DNA from: Candidatus Geohabitans tengchongensis
GTDB taxonomy: Bacteria > Sysuimicrobiota > Sysuimicrobiia > Sysuimicrobiales > Humicultoraceae
Assembly (NCBI GenBank): GCA_031459625.1
Contig: JAVKIH010000003.1
Span: forward strand, 1 to 48,860
DNA: 48,860 bases
Direction: 5' to 3'
Shown here: positions 47,476 through 48,860 of the stretch, piece by piece
Numbering within the stretch: position 1 is the stretch's first letter
Layout of the letters: each line of letters starts with the position of its first letter
Made by a program: the position numbers and the translations under genes
Notes under the pieces: generated by a model
What the model was told of the DNA's origin: nothing
Seen by the model: only the letters and a program-made list of their open reading frames with translations
The model's database searches: none

Positions 47476-48860
47476 CCTGCGCCTGCGCCACTTCGCCGGC
47501 CTCGCCGAGGCGGTAGTGCCCTTCGCGCCGGGCATCACGGTGGTCCAGGGCCCCAACGAGGCGGGGAAGTCCACCATCCGCCAGGCGCTCCTGGCGGCGT
47601 TCTTCGCCAGCCCGGCCACGACCGCCCGCCGGCGGGAGGAGTGGCGCCCCTGGGGCTCCGAGACGTTCGGCAGCCTCGCTGTCGAGTTCGAGCTCGACGG
47701 CCGCCGCTTCCAGCTCGTCAAGGACTTTGAGCGGCGCCGCATGCAGCTGCGGGAGATCGGCACCGGTCAGGAGTGGGAGGGGGCGAGAGTCCAGGCGCGT
47801 CTCCAGGAGGCGCTGGGCCTCTCCACCGAGCTCCTCTACCGGGCCACGGCCATGGTCGACCAGGCCGAGCTGGCCTCGCTCGGCAAGGGCGCGGGGGAGG
47901 TGAGCGAACGCCTCTCCCGCATCGTGCAGGCCGGCCCGGGCGACGCCGAGGCGGGCGCGGTGCTCCGCCGCCTGGAGCGGGAAGTGGGCGAGCTGGAGCG
48001 GGGGCTGGAGCGGTGGGCCAAGACCCCCGGCACCATCCGGGCGCTCGAGGACGAGGTGGCCCGCCTCGAGGCCGACCGCGCCGCCCTGCAGCGCCGCGTC
48101 GCCGCCGTGGCCGCGGCCCGTGAGGAGCTCGACCGGGTGCGCGCAGCGCGCGAGGCCGCCGAACGGGACCTGGCCGACCTGCAGGCCGCGCTGCGGGCCA
48201 ACCAGGAGTACGTCGTCCTGGAGCAGGAGCTGGCGCCGCTGCGGGGCCAGGAGGCCCAGCTGGCCACGCGGATCGCCGGGGCGGAGGCGGGAGTGGAGCG
48301 CCTGCGCCGCATCGCCGCGGAACTCGAGGAGCTCCAGGCGGGTGGCGTCCCCGACGACGATCGCCTGGATGCGCTGGTCCGTGCGGCGGAGCGCGTGGAG
48401 GCGCTGCGCGAGCGCCTGGCCGCCCAACAGGACCGCCTCCGGGAGGCCGAGCGCCGGGCGGCGGACGTCCCCGCCGCTCCTCAGGCGCGGGCCGCGCTCT
48501 GGAGCGGCAGTGGTCTCGCGCTGCTCGGCCTGCTCCTGGCGCTCGCTGCCGCCGCCGGCCTGCTCCCTCCGATGTGGAGCTGGCCGGTGGCGGCCTTCCT
48601 GGCCGTAGCCGGGGTGGGGACGCTGGGATGGGCCCGGCGGCGCGAGGCGCTCGTGGGCGCCGTGCGGGCGCAGGCCCTCAGGGCGCTCGCGGCGGCGCGG
48701 GAAGAGGTCGAGGCCACTGCGGGCGACCTGACCGAAGCCGAGACCCGGCTGCAGCGGGCGCTGGCGGAGAGCGGGAGCGCCACGGTGGCCGAGGCGCGGG
48801 CGCGGCGGGCCCGGCTGGGCGAGCTCGTCAGGGAGCAGGCGGAGACGCGCGGCATTGTGG
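47462..48860 (+). CDS. Rad50/SbcC/YhaN-like SMC-type ATPase (partial, runs off window)
   Basis: Not in ORF track (no stop in window); my translation gives MRLLTLRLRHFAG..GITVVQGPNEAGKST, Q-loop-like MVDQ, long heptad coiled coil, hydrophobic hairpin at about 48515-48631. Confidence 0.88.
   Translation, partial: MRLLTLRLRHFAGLAEAVVPFAPGITVVQGPNEAGKSTIRQALLAAFFASPATTARRREEWRPWGSETFGSLAVEFELDGRRFQLVKDFERRRMQLREIGTGQEWEGARVQARLQEALGLSTELLYRATAMVDQAELASLGKGAGEVSERLSRIVQAGPGDAEAGAVLRRLEREVGELERGLERWAKTPGTIRALEDEVARLEADRAALQRRVAAVAAAREELDRVRAAREAAERDLADLQAALRANQEYVVLEQELAPLRGQEAQLATRIAGAEAGVERLRRIAAELEELQAGGVPDDDRLDALVRAAERVEALRERLAAQQDRLREAERRAADVPAAPQARAALWSGSGLALLGLLLALAAAAGLLPPMWSWPVAAFLAVAGVGTLGWARRREALVGAVRAQALRALAAAREEVEATAGDLTEAETRLQRALAESGSATVAEARARRARLGELVREQAETRGIV

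Overview
Very high-GC bacterial chromosomal window of mostly core genes in Terrabacteria/Firmicutes-like order (taxon not determinable here). Left to right: FBP aldolase/phosphatase (minus strand); hypothetical-orphan parA-Cys-rich partner; a secreted stalk-domain protein; asnS; rimP-nusA-rnpM-infB-DUF503-rbfA-DHH-truB-ribF; rpsO-pnp-M16 peptidase-dapB; DoxX-like (minus); asd-aspartokinase-dapA-UDG; uppP-ftsK; a BMP-type nucleoside ABC system split by an antisense terC; a frameshifted clan AA aspartic protease; acyl-CoA ligase; psuG; rodZ-like; HU (minus); then cinA-thpR-recA-recX followed by a UvrD helicase/Fe-S PD-(D/E)xK nuclease fusion, an Mre11/SbcD nuclease and a Rad50/SbcC-like ATPase that runs off the window edge. 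No rRNA, tRNA, CRISPR array or complete mobile element was seen. Best candidates for undescribed systems: (1) an orphan ParA paired with a small protein that has a ParB-like N-terminal peptide and a 5-Cys domain; (2) a LexA-box-preceded recA operon extended by a single-chain helicase-nuclease, Mre11 and a Rad50-like ATPase carrying a two-helix membrane hairpin. All calls come from reading motifs by eye; no searches were run.
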